From the NCBI GenBank assembly GCA_965250155.1, contig OZ252291.1, positions 2,125,669 through 2,189,668 of the forward strand: a stretch of 64,000 nucleotides of DNA, read 5' to 3'. The stretch comes from Gemmatimonadales bacterium. Its GTDB lineage: Bacteria; Gemmatimonadota; Gemmatimonadetes; Gemmatimonadales; GWC2-71-9. The notes below the pieces were generated by a model. It was not told where the DNA came from and ran no database searches. It was given only the letters and a program-made list of their open reading frames with translations. This document shows, piece by piece, positions 6,798 to 16,298 of this stretch; position 1 is the first letter of the stretch; each line of letters begins with the position of its first letter. Made by a program: the position numbers and the translations under genes.

Positions 6798-8768
6798 TTA
6801 CGATGCAATCAACGCGTTTAAATCCTTGAACACACGTTCAAATCGTTCGAGGGCCTCATCAATACCCGGAAGCTGCTCAACCTCCGACCGCTTGAGCGTC
6901 ATCAGGTACTCGACAGGCATATAGTGATTGAACTCGGAGAATCCGGGAGGCAGAAGGCAGCAATGGTTCTCAACCTCTTTGACGACTCTCTCGGGTGCAT
7001 TTTCCGGTTTGGTTGCCGGTAAGCGGTGACTCTCCGGCAATTCCATTGCGGCGTTGGTCAACTCGATATACATAGGGCGGCCTATTAGGTCCTCGATATC
7101 GGATTCGTCCTGCCCAGAATATGTGCTTGTGCGCAAGACATGTCCGGTAGGCAAAAGGCCAGTATTCTCGAGCCGATCGATTGTCCCCTTCTGGCCGTCA
7201 TGGTAATCCGCAAACACGGCGATCTTGAGTTCACGGCCGCTGAAGAGAGTGACGAAGCTGCTGATCTTACTGGCACCCTCGGCAGGGCACACCGCCCATC
7301 GCAAATCAAGACTTTCACGGTCGTGGTGTGCAAGTTGACGAGAGAACCAGTCAAAGAGCGCCCGCTCGGTTGGCCCCTCTACCACCACCACATAGGGGCC
7401 TACAAAAAGCGTTTGCGCCATATTGAAACCCAGGATTCCCTGTAGTGGAAACAGGGTGTCTTTGTCCCGACTCAAAATCCGCTCGCCAACTTTCGTTCCT
7501 TTGATTTCCTCTATGAACTCGCCATTGCTTTGCCGCACCTTCACGACGACATCTTCAACCGTGCGTAGCGAGTTGATATTCTCGATGTCCAACATAAATG
7601 GTGAGTGGGCGGTGTAGATTACTTGATGATGCGGCCTCAGTTTTTCGTTGATGTAACGAATTAGGTCCTCTTGTGCACGACCGTGCAAGGAAAGGCCCGG
7701 TTCGTCGAGCAGTAGAATGAGGTCCTTGTTGAACCGCTGCTTCATCTGCGAGAACCATACGAGAAACGAAAAGAACCATATGAATCCATGACTTCGATAC
7801 TCAAAGCTCACCGTGGCCCGATGTCGAGTGTTGAAGATGCGTGTATTGAATACAAACCCCGTATTGAACGGTGGTGGATCATTTGGTTTTGCCTTGTCGT
7901 ATCGGAATCGGACCTCCAGGTACTGATTCTGTGACCAGTAATTCCGGACCTCGTCAGTCAGGGCCGCCTCGACCGACTCTAGTTCCATGATGAGCTTCTC
8001 CAGTTGGTCAATCCCTTCGATTTCCTCAAGACTGGTGCTCGTCATTTCGAGAAGTGCTAGAAAGATCTTGTGTTCGATGTTGAGGGTGTTTTCGTCTTTG
8101 CGCTGTTTGATGTCGTCTAATGACAGGCGACCAGGAAGGTGATCATAGTTTCGGAAATGGATGAAAAGCGGGAGGCGTTCTGCTAAACGACCTTGAACAA
8201 ACGCGTGTACTTCTTGATCAGGGAAGATTGAAGTAAGGCGTTGTAATAGCTGGCTCTGCTTGTCGGTCGGTGATTCGATGGCTTTCAAGCTGGAGACCAA
8301 ATCTGGTATGGAACTAGCATTCGTTAGAGGCGCCTTGTCAGATGCATTGAAGTCGGCAGCGGTGACGTAGGAGTCGACGACCCGCCCCTCGTTCAGGTCG
8401 AAAGTCCATACCAGTGTGTTCTCATAGCCTTTGGATACGATAATCTCACGGCTATCGAGGCATCCGGGACCCAATGTTTCCTCTAGGTCAGCGACATCGG
8501 CATCGGAAAGCTCCCAATAGGTTGTCAATATCGTGGCAGGTGTTCGCTCCCGGCGCTGCTTATACGTCGCCAAGTGCCGCCGGGGGAATTCTTCCTCAAT
8601 GAAATTCCTCGCGTCAGATTCGACCGGATTGAGTTTATAAAGGGCCTCCAGAAGGGCAGTCTTGCCAGCTTCGTTTTTCCCCACGAGGCACGTAACCTGG
8701 TCGACGGTGAATTCGTTGGAGTCCTCGACGCATCTAAAGTTTTCTACTCTGATCTTGGTCAACTTCAT
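6798..8768 (-). CDS. OLD-family ATP-dependent nuclease (ABC/AAA ATPase plus TOPRIM), putative anti-phage protein
   Basis: MKLTKIRVENFRC start with AGGAG SD; Walker A GKNEAGKT, Walker B LLLDEP, H-loop YTAHSP, TOPRIM VVEGPTE and FADYHD, DIED; AT-richer than flanks. Confidence 0.85.
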   Translation of the reverse strand: MKLTKIRVENFRCVEDSNEFTVDQVTCLVGKNEAGKTALLEALYKLNPVESDARNFIEEEFPRRHLATYKQRRERTPATILTTYWELSDADVADLEETLGPGCLDSREIIVSKGYENTLVWTFDLNEGRVVDSYVTAADFNASDKAPLTNASSIPDLVSSLKAIESPTDKQSQLLQRLTSIFPDQEVHAFVQGRLAERLPLFIHFRNYDHLPGRLSLDDIKQRKDENTLNIEHKIFLALLEMTSTSLEEIEGIDQLEKLIMELESVEAALTDEVRNYWSQNQYLEVRFRYDKAKPNDPPPFNTGFVFNTRIFNTRHRATVSFEYRSHGFIWFFSFLVWFSQMKQRFNKDLILLLDEPGLSLHGRAQEDLIRYINEKLRPHHQVIYTAHSPFMLDIENINSLRTVEDVVVKVRQSNGEFIEEIKGTKVGERILSRDKDTLFPLQGILGFNMAQTLFVGPYVVVVEGPTERALFDWFSRQLAHHDRESLDLRWAVCPAEGASKISSFVTLFSGRELKIAVFADYHDGQKGTIDRLENTGLLPTGHVLRTSTYSGQDESDIEDLIGRPMYIELTNAAMELPESHRLPATKPENAPERVVKEVENHCCLLPPGFSEFNHYMPVEYLMTLKRSEVEQLPGIDEALERFERVFKDLNALIAS

Positions 8769-8837
8769 GGGGGCGCTCCTGTGTTTGTGCCCGCCCTGGG
8801 GGCAAATGGTCTTTGATTCGACCGCATTTTCTTTTTT

Positions 8838-8859
8838 TTGTGTCCAATGTTGTGTCCAA
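8838..8859. repeat. 10-bp direct repeat TTGTGTCCAA x2, putative integrase arm-type site
   Basis: 8838-8847 and 8850-8859, about 60 bp from the tRNA 3' end. Confidence 0.55.
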
Positions 8860-8918
8860 CGGCTGGCGCCGCGGCGAAATGGCACAGTGCTGGGAGCGTG
8901 TAAGTCGTTGCGTGACAA

Positions 8919-9005
8919 CGGAGAGGGAGGGATTCGAACCCTCGAAGGCCGCAAGACCTTACCGGTTTTCGAGACCGGCTCCTTCAACCACTCGGACACC
9001 TCTCC
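8919..9005 (-). tRNA. tRNA-Ser(CGA)
   Basis: GGAGAGG/CCTCTCC acceptor stem, anticodon arm CCGGT-CTCGAAA-ACCGG, long variable arm, GGTTCGAATCC T-loop, discriminator G; CCA not encoded. Confidence 0.97.
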
Positions 9006-9051
9006 CAGCGACGCATAATAGAGGGATGGGTAACCTCTTTCCAGGGCTGTT

Positions 9052-9405
9052 ATGTGGAACATTCTGGTTGCGATCGAGCTTAGGGATCTACTGAACCTGG
9101 ACATTCTACATCGGAGCCGGACGCATCGGCCAGGCGGTGGCACGCCGCGCTCTCTGATTCGGAATGTCTATCCTTTATATGGACCAATCCCCGCAACCCG
9201 TCTTCGAGGCAGAAACCGGCGCCCGGCGAGCGACGATGGACGAATTGTTGCAAGACAGCCTCTCGTCGCTCATCCGCGTGTGGTGTGCGTGCCACATCTG
9301 GGCAGTGCCACTCGGCACACCCGGGCCGCCATGGCGAACCTGGCGGCCCGCAACGTCCGGGCTGTGCTGGCGGGCGACCCGCCGATCACACCGGTTCCTC
9401 GTTGA
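9052..9405 (+). pseudogene. D-2-hydroxyacid dehydrogenase (glyoxylate/glycerate reductase type), internally deleted
   Basis: One frame gives IGAGRIGQAVARRAL*FGMSILY...DELLQDS; another gives HPRVVCVPHLGSATRHTRAAMANLAARNVRAVLAG; most of the gene is missing. Confidence 0.85.
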
Positions 9406-9430
9406 CCTCATGGCCTTGCACCCCTAACTT
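9402..9430 (+). promoter_or_regulatory. Sigma70-type promoter of pyrR-pyrB-pyrC
   Basis: TTGACC-N17-TAACTT, 11 nt before the pyrR ATG. Confidence 0.7.
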
Positions 9431-9441
9431 CCGCGGCGACT

Positions 9442-9996
9442 ATGAGCGTTGCAGACGAACGCAACACCCTCCTCGACGCCCGTGATATCGCGCGGGCGAT
9501 ACAGCGTATGGCCAAGCAAGTCGTCGATTTCGCTGGCGGTACCGACCGCTTGGTATTGGTCGGTATCCAGCGGCGTGGTGTGGACCTCGCCCGGCGGCTG
9601 GGAACCCTCATCGCCGACGGCGCGGAGACGGTCATACCCAGGGGAGAGTTGGACATCACCCTATACCGTGACGACCTGCAGACCATCGGTCCTGCCCCAG
9701 TGGTGGGGAGAACCGATATCCCCATGGAGCTGACCGACCGGTGCGTGATGATCGTGGACGACGTCCTGTATACGGGCCGCACCGTGCGAGCGGCCCTTGC
9801 CGTGCTCACCGACTTCGGGCGCCCGTCCAGAATCGGCCTGTGCACGCTGATCGACCGGGGGGGACGGGAGTTGCCGATCCAAGCCGACATTGTAGGGGAA
9901 ACCGTGGACGCCGAACCCGGTGACCGTGTAGACGTCCTGTTGGAGGAACGCGACGGCAGAGATGCCGTAGTACTGGTCCGAGGGTCGGAGGAATGA
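9442..9996 (+). CDS. pyrR: Bifunctional pyrimidine regulator/uracil phosphoribosyltransferase
   Basis: [37 protein letters not shown]. Confidence 0.95.
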   Translation: MSVADERNTLLDARDIARAIQRMAKQVVDFAGGTDRLVLVGIQRRGVDLARRLGTLIADGAETVIPRGELDITLYRDDLQTIGPAPVVGRTDIPMELTDRCVMIVDDVLYTGRTVRAALAVLTDFGRPSRIGLCTLIDRGGRELPIQADIVGETVDAEPGDRVDVLLEERDGRDAVVLVRGSEE

Positions 9997-10991
9997 TACG
10001 CGACTCTTCCTCCTCCGCCCCATCCCTGGGGAAAGATCTCCTAGGCCTCGAACCTCTCTCCGCAGATCAAATCCGACTCGTCCTCGACACCGCAGAACCG
10101 TTCAAAGAAGTCAGCGAACGGGCCATCAAAAAAGTCCCGACTCTTCGCGGTAAGACAATCGTAAACCTGTTCTACGAGGCCTCCACACGAACGCGCCTGG
10201 CGTTCGAGTTCGCCGAAAAACGGCTATCGGCGGATACCGTGAACATCGCGGGGGCGGGCTCTTCGGTGGAGAAGGGTGAGAACCTGGTCGATACGGCGCG
10301 CAACCTCGAGGCGATGCGGATCGATATGGTTGTCATCAGGCATCCGGCGTCGGGCGCCGCCGGCTTCCTGGCCGATCGCATTCCATCCAATGTGATCAAC
10401 GCCGGTGACGGTTGCCACGAACATCCCACTCAGGGATTGCTCGACCTGCTGACCATTCGCGACAAGTTGGGCCGCATCGAAGGGATAAGAGTCTGCATCT
10501 GCGGAGACATACTGCACAGCCGCGTGGCCCGCAGCAACATCTGGGGCTTGCTGAAGCTCGGCGCAGAGGTGGCTGTATGCGGCCCCGGGTCTCTGCTTCC
10601 CCGGGGCATCGAGGAGCTGGGCGTACATGTCTTCCGGCACCCGGAAGAAGCCATCGAGTGGGCGGACGTGTTGAACGTGTTGCGACTCCAGCTGGAACGA
10701 ATGCAGGCGGGCTACATCCCGTCTCTGGATGAGTACTACCGCGTGTACGGAATCACCCAGAAACGCCTCGAGCGTGCTCCACGTGACGTGTTGATTCTCC
10801 ACCCGGGGCCCATGAACCGGGGCGTGGAGATCGACTCGATGGTCGCAGACGGACCGCACAGCGTGATCCTGCAACAGGTGACGAACGGTATCGCCGTCCG
10901 CATGGCCGTGTTGTACCTCCTCGCAGGAGGCACACCGGAGCGGGCCGATGTGGCCAAGGCCGAAGATGCGCCGGCCGGAGTCAGACGATGA
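9993..10991 (+). CDS. pyrB: Aspartate carbamoyltransferase catalytic subunit
   Basis: [34 protein letters not shown]. Confidence 0.97.
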   Translation: MIRDSSSSAPSLGKDLLGLEPLSADQIRLVLDTAEPFKEVSERAIKKVPTLRGKTIVNLFYEASTRTRLAFEFAEKRLSADTVNIAGAGSSVEKGENLVDTARNLEAMRIDMVVIRHPASGAAGFLADRIPSNVINAGDGCHEHPTQGLLDLLTIRDKLGRIEGIRVCICGDILHSRVARSNIWGLLKLGAEVAVCGPGSLLPRGIEELGVHVFRHPEEAIEWADVLNVLRLQLERMQAGYIPSLDEYYRVYGITQKRLERAPRDVLILHPGPMNRGVEIDSMVADGPHSVILQQVTNGIAVRMAVLYLLAGGTPERADVAKAEDAPAGVRR

Positions 10992-12274
10992 GGCCGGTCT
11001 TGTTGAAAGGCGGGAGGGTGATCGATCCCTCTCGGAAACTGGATCGGGCAGCCGACGTGCTGATTCAGGACGGCCGGATCGCGGCGGTGGAATCGAACGT
11101 GACCGCCCCCGAAGGTGCCGAAACCATCGACGCATCGGGGATGGTGGTGGCCCCCGGTCTGGTCGACGTGCACGTGCACCTCCGGGAACCGGGCAATGAG
11201 GAGGCGGAAACCGTAGCTACGGGAGCGCGGGCGGCCGCGGCGGGGGGCTTCACGTCTGTCTGCGCTATGCCCAACACCGACCCTGTCACCGACAACCAGG
11301 CGGCGATCGGGTTCATCGTCAAGCAGGCAAACGCGGCACAAAGTGCCCGCGTTTTTCCCTACGGCGCAATCTCTATCGGCCAGCGAGGCGAGCATCTGGC
11401 CGAGTTCGCCAAGCTGATTGAAGCGGGAGCGATTGCGTTCAGCGACGACGGGCACTCGGTGCTGTCCAGCCATCTCATGCGAACGGCCCTCGAATACGCC
11501 CAGGCCTTCGGCATCCCGGTGGCCGATCACTGCGAAGAGCCGTCCCTCGCAAAGGGGGGCGCGATGCACGAGGGTGTGGTCTCTACCCGACTCGGGCTCA
11601 AGGGAATCCCGGCTGCCGCCGAGGAGATCATGGTGGCGCGGGATGTGATACTGTCGGAGCTCACCGGCGGGCACGTCCACCTCTGTCACATCTCCACCAA
11701 GGGCAGCGTGGACATCATCAGACGGGCGAGGGAAAACGGCGTGAACGTGACCGCCGAGGTCACTCCCCATCACCTGACGCTGACCCATGACGAGTGTGAA
11801 GGGTACAATACCAACGCCAAAATGAATCCGCCTCTTCGTGAGGAAGCCGATGTGGTGGCGTTGCGGGAAGCACTCAAAGACGGCACCCTCGACATGATCG
11901 CCACGGACCACGCGCCCCACCATTACGAGGCCAAGGAACGGGACTTCGACGATGCCCCCCTCGGCATCGTCGGCTTGGAGACGGCTCTGGGGCTCGGCGT
12001 CAAGGAGCTGGTGAACGGCGGGGTGCTGAGCTTGCTGGAACTGATGAGGCGGATGAGCACCGAACCCGCCAAAGCGTTTCACTTGGACGCCGGGACGCTC
12101 GAACCCGGAAAACCGGCCGACCTGGTGATCTTCGATCCCGGCGCGACCTGGACAGTTGATCCCACGGGGTTCTATTCCAAGAGTCGCAATACCCCCTATA
12201 CGGGCCATGTGCTCACAGGCCGGGTCGAGCGCACTATCGTTGGCGGGCGGACGGTGTTTCAGCGGGACTCATAA
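10988..12274 (+). CDS. pyrC: Dihydroorotase
   Basis: [29 protein letters not shown]. Confidence 0.96.
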   Translation: MRPVLLKGGRVIDPSRKLDRAADVLIQDGRIAAVESNVTAPEGAETIDASGMVVAPGLVDVHVHLREPGNEEAETVATGARAAAAGGFTSVCAMPNTDPVTDNQAAIGFIVKQANAAQSARVFPYGAISIGQRGEHLAEFAKLIEAGAIAFSDDGHSVLSSHLMRTALEYAQAFGIPVADHCEEPSLAKGGAMHEGVVSTRLGLKGIPAAAEEIMVARDVILSELTGGHVHLCHISTKGSVDIIRRARENGVNVTAEVTPHHLTLTHDECEGYNTNAKMNPPLREEADVVALREALKDGTLDMIATDHAPHHYEAKERDFDDAPLGIVGLETALGLGVKELVNGGVLSLLELMRRMSTEPAKAFHLDAGTLEPGKPADLVIFDPGATWTVDPTGFYSKSRNTPYTGHVLTGRVERTIVGGRTVFQRDS

Positions 12275-12277
12275 GCG

Positions 12278-12966
12278 ATGTCCGACGCGGCTCGCCGCAT
12301 GGCCGAATGCTGCCGACGACTGGCGGACCTCGGACTCATAGCGGGAGTAGCTGGAAATATCTCGGTGCGCCTGGCGGAAGACCGGGTGCTGGTGACGCCG
12401 AGCGGTCTCATCAAGGCCGACCTTGGGTCGGAGGACATGGTCGAGGTGGATTTGGCCGGTGAGGTGATTCGGGGGCGGCACCCCCCGTCCGCCGAGCTGG
12501 GCTTGCACCTGCGGATCCTGCGGTCTCGGGGAGACGTCACGGCGGTCATCCATGCCCACCCCCGGTGGCTACCGGGATGAGCATCGCCGGGCAGGAATTC
12601 GATTGGGATGTGCTCCCCGAGATGGTATTTTTAGTCGGCCGGGTGCCGGTCGTGCCCTATGGTGCTCCGGGCACCCGGGAACTGGCAGAGCGAATCGATC
12701 CGTTCATCGAGGGGCACGACACGTTGATTCTGGCCAACCATGGCGCCGTGTCGATGGGAGCGTCGCTGGATGAGGCACAGATCCGTATGGAGACCTTGGA
12801 GCACAGCGCCAAGATTGTTTTCACCGCCCGGTTGCTTGGTCGGGTGAACCACCTTTCACGGGACGAGGTGCGGCGGTTGGAAGGCCTGCGACGAAATCGC
12901 GACCGTTCACGAGGGCTGCCCGACAGCCCCGCCCCGGGGCACCGCGAGCCCCCGAAGGAGTCTTAG
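12278..12966 (+). pseudogene. Class II aldolase/adducin family protein with a 1-bp deletion frameshift (or sequencing error)
   Basis: GNISVR..TPSG..PSAE..H..HAHP in one frame continues as ATG..LANHG in another; break at the C5 run 12559-12563. Confidence 0.75.
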
Positions 12967-13827
12967 ATGCCGAGACGTTCACCAAGATCCTCGGAAGACG
13001 TCGAAAAGCTCCTGGACGAACGCCAGGCAATCACTGAATGGCTGGAGCGTCTGGCACTCACCGGCGATGATCCTTCGGATGACGTTCGGTCCAAAGTGCG
13101 GGAGGATTACGAGACGCGCCTAGAAGCCGTGAGCGAGGGCCTCCAGGGCTATGCGGACGAGTTGAGCAGCGCCCTTTCGAAAGAGACGCAAAAGCGAACG
13201 GACCTCTTGGGAAGGGAGCAGAAGGCAGAGGAGCGTCTCACCGAGGCCAAACTGCGGCACGCCGTTGGCGAATACGAGGACTCTCGGTGGAACGATATCC
13301 ATTCGGAGATTCTCGGCGAGCTCGTCAAGATGCGTGAGGGATTGAAGGCCGCCGGGAAAGAGATCGACCGGCTGGAAGACGTGCTATCGAGTATCGATCG
13401 GCAGCCCAGGGTGGATGAGGCGGATCGGGGGGAGTCCGAGGAGGAGCGAGTGTCACTCGCCGAGCTCGAGCCGGAGCCGGACGAGGCCGAGGTCGCAAAA
13501 GGCGGTGCCGAGAAGAAGAGGAAGCCGGCCGGGAGGGCGAGCGGTCAGGCGGAGGCCTTTGACGATCTGGCATTCCTGAAGAAAGTGGCGCCGGAAACGG
13601 CTGGGAAAAGGCGGAGGTCCGGGGCTATGTTCAAGCCGCTCGGGGAAGCCGGTACGGCAGCGGATAAGCCCGGTTCCACCGTGACCGCACCTGAGGGGAA
13701 GCCCCAAGTGGGTCCTATTGAAGACCCTACGGCCAAGAAGACTTTGAAGTGTCAGGAGTGCGGGGCGATGAACCGCCCCACGGAGTGGTACTGCGAGAGC
13801 TGCGGCGCGGAACTCGCGGCCGTTTAG
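12967..13827 (+). CDS. Coiled-coil protein with C-terminal zinc ribbon
   Basis: Long charged helical N-terminus; C-terminal CQECGAMN-PTEWYCESCG. Confidence 0.8.
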   Translation: MPRRSPRSSEDVEKLLDERQAITEWLERLALTGDDPSDDVRSKVREDYETRLEAVSEGLQGYADELSSALSKETQKRTDLLGREQKAEERLTEAKLRHAVGEYEDSRWNDIHSEILGELVKMREGLKAAGKEIDRLEDVLSSIDRQPRVDEADRGESEEERVSLAELEPEPDEAEVAKGGAEKKRKPAGRASGQAEAFDDLAFLKKVAPETAGKRRRSGAMFKPLGEAGTAADKPGSTVTAPEGKPQVGPIEDPTAKKTLKCQECGAMNRPTEWYCESCGAELAAV

Positions 13828-13830
13828 TTG

Positions 13831-14085
13831 CTAACCCTTCGACTGAATCAGTTTCCGGAGGCGGGACTTCGTGCGAGCTGCCATGTTCGGATGGATCAGG
13901 CGCTTGTGCGCCGCGCGATCCAGAAGCTGCTCGACCGTGCGAAAAGCGTCCTGGGCTTCGGCACCCGTTCCGGCTGCATGCACACGCTTGAGAGCGGTGC
14001 GCAAAGTGGACCGCTGTGCTTTGTTACGGAGTCGGCGCCTGTCACCCTGACGCATCCGTTTCTTTGCAGACCTCAAATTGGGCAC
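13831..14085 (-). CDS. rpsT: 30S ribosomal protein S20
   Basis: MPNLRSAKKRMRQ...RNKAQRSTLRT...LIHPNMAARTKSRL. Confidence 0.95.
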   Translation of the reverse strand: MPNLRSAKKRMRQGDRRRLRNKAQRSTLRTALKRVHAAGTGAEAQDAFRTVEQLLDRAAHKRLIHPNMAARTKSRLRKLIQSKG

Positions 14086-14135
14086 GAATAGTTCCTCTGG
14101 ACTTCAGCTCGAACCAACCAAAAAATCGGAGGCGA

Positions 14136-14164
14136 AAGGTATTCCGCGACTGCTGATGAGTCAA
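14136..14164 (-). promoter_or_regulatory. Sigma70-type promoter of rpsT
   Basis: Minus strand TTGACT-N17-TACCTT. Confidence 0.7.
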
Positions 14165-14226
14165 GACGGTGACAGACTGCATCCAGAACTCCGCATGCGG
14201 CGCGGCACCCACCTCCCGGACGTTTC

Positions 14227-14916
14227 GTGAGCCAGCTAGGCGAATTTCTCCTCGTGCTCCCGGTGCTCGTCATGTCCATGGTGGCGCACGAGTATGCCCA
14301 CGGGTATGCGGCCCTTCGTCAGGGGGACGGTACGGCGAAGGCGCTCGGACGGCTGACCATGAATCCCCTCAAACATATCGATCCGTGGATGAGCGTTCTC
14401 CTGCCGGCCATGTTGTGGTTCGGCTCGGGTGGGCGGTTTCTCTTCGGCGGTGCCAGGCCGGTACCAGTGAACCCCCGTAATTACCGTCAATACCGACGTG
14501 GCGATATCATCGTATCGCTGGCGGGGATCGCAACGAACCTGGTGTTGGTGGTGGTGTTCTGGGTGTTGGCCGCCGTGGTTGGCGTGGTCGGCGCAGGGGC
14601 AGGAGCGGGAAGGGGAGCGTTTGTGGTGTTGCAGGGCGTGATGTATTGGGGGATATGGTTCAACCTGCTACTCGCCAATTTCAACTTGATCCCGATTCCG
14701 CCCCTGGATGGGTCGCACGTGCTGTATCATCTCCTCCCGGCGGAAATCGGGTTAAGATATCGGCAGCTATCGCGCTACGGCATACTCATCATCATAGTGA
14801 TGATATTCTTTTTCCCACGGGCCCTGTTCCTATTGCTTCTCCCGGCGATCTTCACTCTCCGGCTGGCGATGGCCACGATCAGCCCGTTCGCCCTTACGCC
14901 GTTCGGACTGTTCTGA
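14227..14916 (+). CDS. Site-2 protease family (M50) membrane metalloprotease
   Basis: HEYAH zinc motif, NPLKHIDP, FNLIPIPPLDG. Confidence 0.92.
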   Translation: MSQLGEFLLVLPVLVMSMVAHEYAHGYAALRQGDGTAKALGRLTMNPLKHIDPWMSVLLPAMLWFGSGGRFLFGGARPVPVNPRNYRQYRRGDIIVSLAGIATNLVLVVVFWVLAAVVGVVGAGAGAGRGAFVVLQGVMYWGIWFNLLLANFNLIPIPPLDGSHVLYHLLPAEIGLRYRQLSRYGILIIIVMIFFFPRALFLLLLPAIFTLRLAMATISPFALTPFGLF

Positions 14917-14917
14917 C

Positions 14918-15655
14918 ATGAGCGTGCGAATCATTGATCCGAGCAGCGACAAGCCGTTCGTCGTCGAGCTGGATTCGTTCTCCGGGCCACTCGATCTGTT
15001 GCTCCATCTCATCCGCGAGCAGGAAATCGACATCGCGGACATTCCCATCGCGAGTATCGCCGATCAGTTCTTCTCAGTTATCCGGGATCTCGGTTTGAAC
15101 CAAGCTGCCGAGTATCTGGAGATGGCGGCCCGACTGTTGAGAATCAAGATCCAGATGCTGCTGCCACGGTCGCTCGACGATGACGAATGGGAGGATCCCC
15201 GGGCAGAATTGGTGAGGAGGTTGCTGGAATACGAGCAAATCCGTGAGGTGGCCGATTGGCTTTTGAGTCGTGCATCGGCGCGGGCGGAGCAATTCCCCAG
15301 AGGTTGGGTGCCGCCACCGCCCGATCCGCTGCCGCCGGAGATCGTGATCGACCTGGAGCAAGTGGTTCGAGCCGTCGAGGAGGTCATCGAAGGCATGGCG
15401 CAGCCCGTGATCCACCGGGTGGTTACCCGACCACTCGACGTCGAGGGGGCTACCGCCCGCATTCGCGCGATGTTGGCCGGCCGGCAACGGCTTGATTTTC
15501 GCGAGCTAGTCGGCGAGCGTCCCCATGTGTCGGTGGTCATGTCCGTGCTGATCGCGCTCCTGGAACTGGCGCGGCTCGGCGAAGCACGAATCAGTCAGGC
15601 AAAGGCGTTCGAGGAACTCAGGATCATTGGTGAACCATCTCACGAAGCTGGTTGA
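14918..15655 (+). CDS. scpA: Segregation and condensation protein A
   Basis: FSGPLDLLLHLI, AAEYLEMAA..IK..LLP, ALLELAR. Confidence 0.93.
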   Translation: MSVRIIDPSSDKPFVVELDSFSGPLDLLLHLIREQEIDIADIPIASIADQFFSVIRDLGLNQAAEYLEMAARLLRIKIQMLLPRSLDDDEWEDPRAELVRRLLEYEQIREVADWLLSRASARAEQFPRGWVPPPPDPLPPEIVIDLEQVVRAVEEVIEGMAQPVIHRVVTRPLDVEGATARIRAMLAGRQRLDFRELVGERPHVSVVMSVLIALLELARLGEARISQAKAFEELRIIGEPSHEAG

Positions 15656-16298
15656 GGCCGCGCTGTTCTCGGCCGCTCAGCCCCTGTCACTGGCGGATCT
15701 AAAGGCGCTCGATCCCGACTTCGGACCGGGCGAACTGCGAGAGGCCGTGGACGCTCTCCGGGAACATTATGAGTCTCAGGACCATGCCTTCGAGCTGGTA
15801 GAGCTGGCTGATGGTTTCCAGTTGCTCACCCGGCGAGAATATGCGGAGGCCATCACCCTAGCCCGGATGGTGAGCCGGCCGCGGAAGCTGTCCGGGGCTG
15901 CGATGGAAACGCTGGCGATCATCGCCTATCGGCAGCCCGTCGGTCGGGCCGAGATCGAGGAGATCCGCGGTGTCGCAGCCGACGGTGTGTTGAAGTCGTT
16001 GCAGGAGCGGGGCTTCATAGTTGTGACCGGCCGGGGCGAGGGGTTGGGGCGCCCGCTCCTGTACGGCACGACGCCCCGGTTCCTCCAGATGCTGGGACTC
16101 ACGGAGATATCGGAGCTGCCTCGTCTGGATCAGCTGTCGGTGGCGCTCCGCCCGTTGGGGGCCGAGCTGCCGTCGGGTACTGAATGGGAACCTGGCCGGG
16201 CGATGGCCGCGGAAACCCCGAGTCCCGAACGGGAAGAGGCCGAAAACACCCCCGCCCCCGCCCCCTCCCGAGTCGAGGAGGAACTCCAGGAGTCGTGA
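15630..16298 (+). CDS. scpB: Segregation and condensation protein B
   Basis: EAALF, LSGAAMETLAIIAYRQPVGRAEIEEIRGV, GRPLLYGTT. Confidence 0.94.
   Translation: MNHLTKLVEAALFSAAQPLSLADLKALDPDFGPGELREAVDALREHYESQDHAFELVELADGFQLLTRREYAEAITLARMVSRPRKLSGAAMETLAIIAYRQPVGRAEIEEIRGVAADGVLKSLQERGFIVVTGRGEGLGRPLLYGTTPRFLQMLGLTEISELPRLDQLSVALRPLGAELPSGTEWEPGRAMAAETPSPEREEAENTPAPAPSRVEEELQES

Larger units (their letters stand above)
3679..8918. mobile_element. Decayed integrative element(s)/genomic island at the tRNA-Ser 3' end
   Basis: Integrase C-terminus, xis-like HTH gene, AT-richer nuclease cargo, arm-type direct repeats beside the tRNA, three integrase-tail copies; left boundary uncertain. Confidence 0.7.

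Noticed and set aside
6798-8768. Gabija, retron or PARIS system call
   Set aside because: No GajB helicase, reverse transcriptase or separate partner gene adjacent.
8769-9143. N-terminal 125-aa extension of the 781-aa ORF
   Set aside because: It runs through the tRNA-Ser gene; the ATPase fold and an SD begin at ATG 8768.
9164-9427. 87-aa hypothetical protein in the ORF track
   Set aside because: Its first third is the middle of the dead 2-hydroxyacid dehydrogenase; the rest is off-frame.
10736-12208. Long antisense ORFs (also 906-1775, 19566-21059, 40871-41920, 54834-56189, 59888-61165)
   Set aside because: Shadow frames of well-supported genes in GC-rich DNA, with no recognisable motifs.
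14590-14615. GAGAGAG-coding hexamer runs (also in mutL near 26160 and EIIA-CBS near 62905)
   Set aside because: Short, imperfect, in-frame linker sequences; insufficient evidence for contingency loci.
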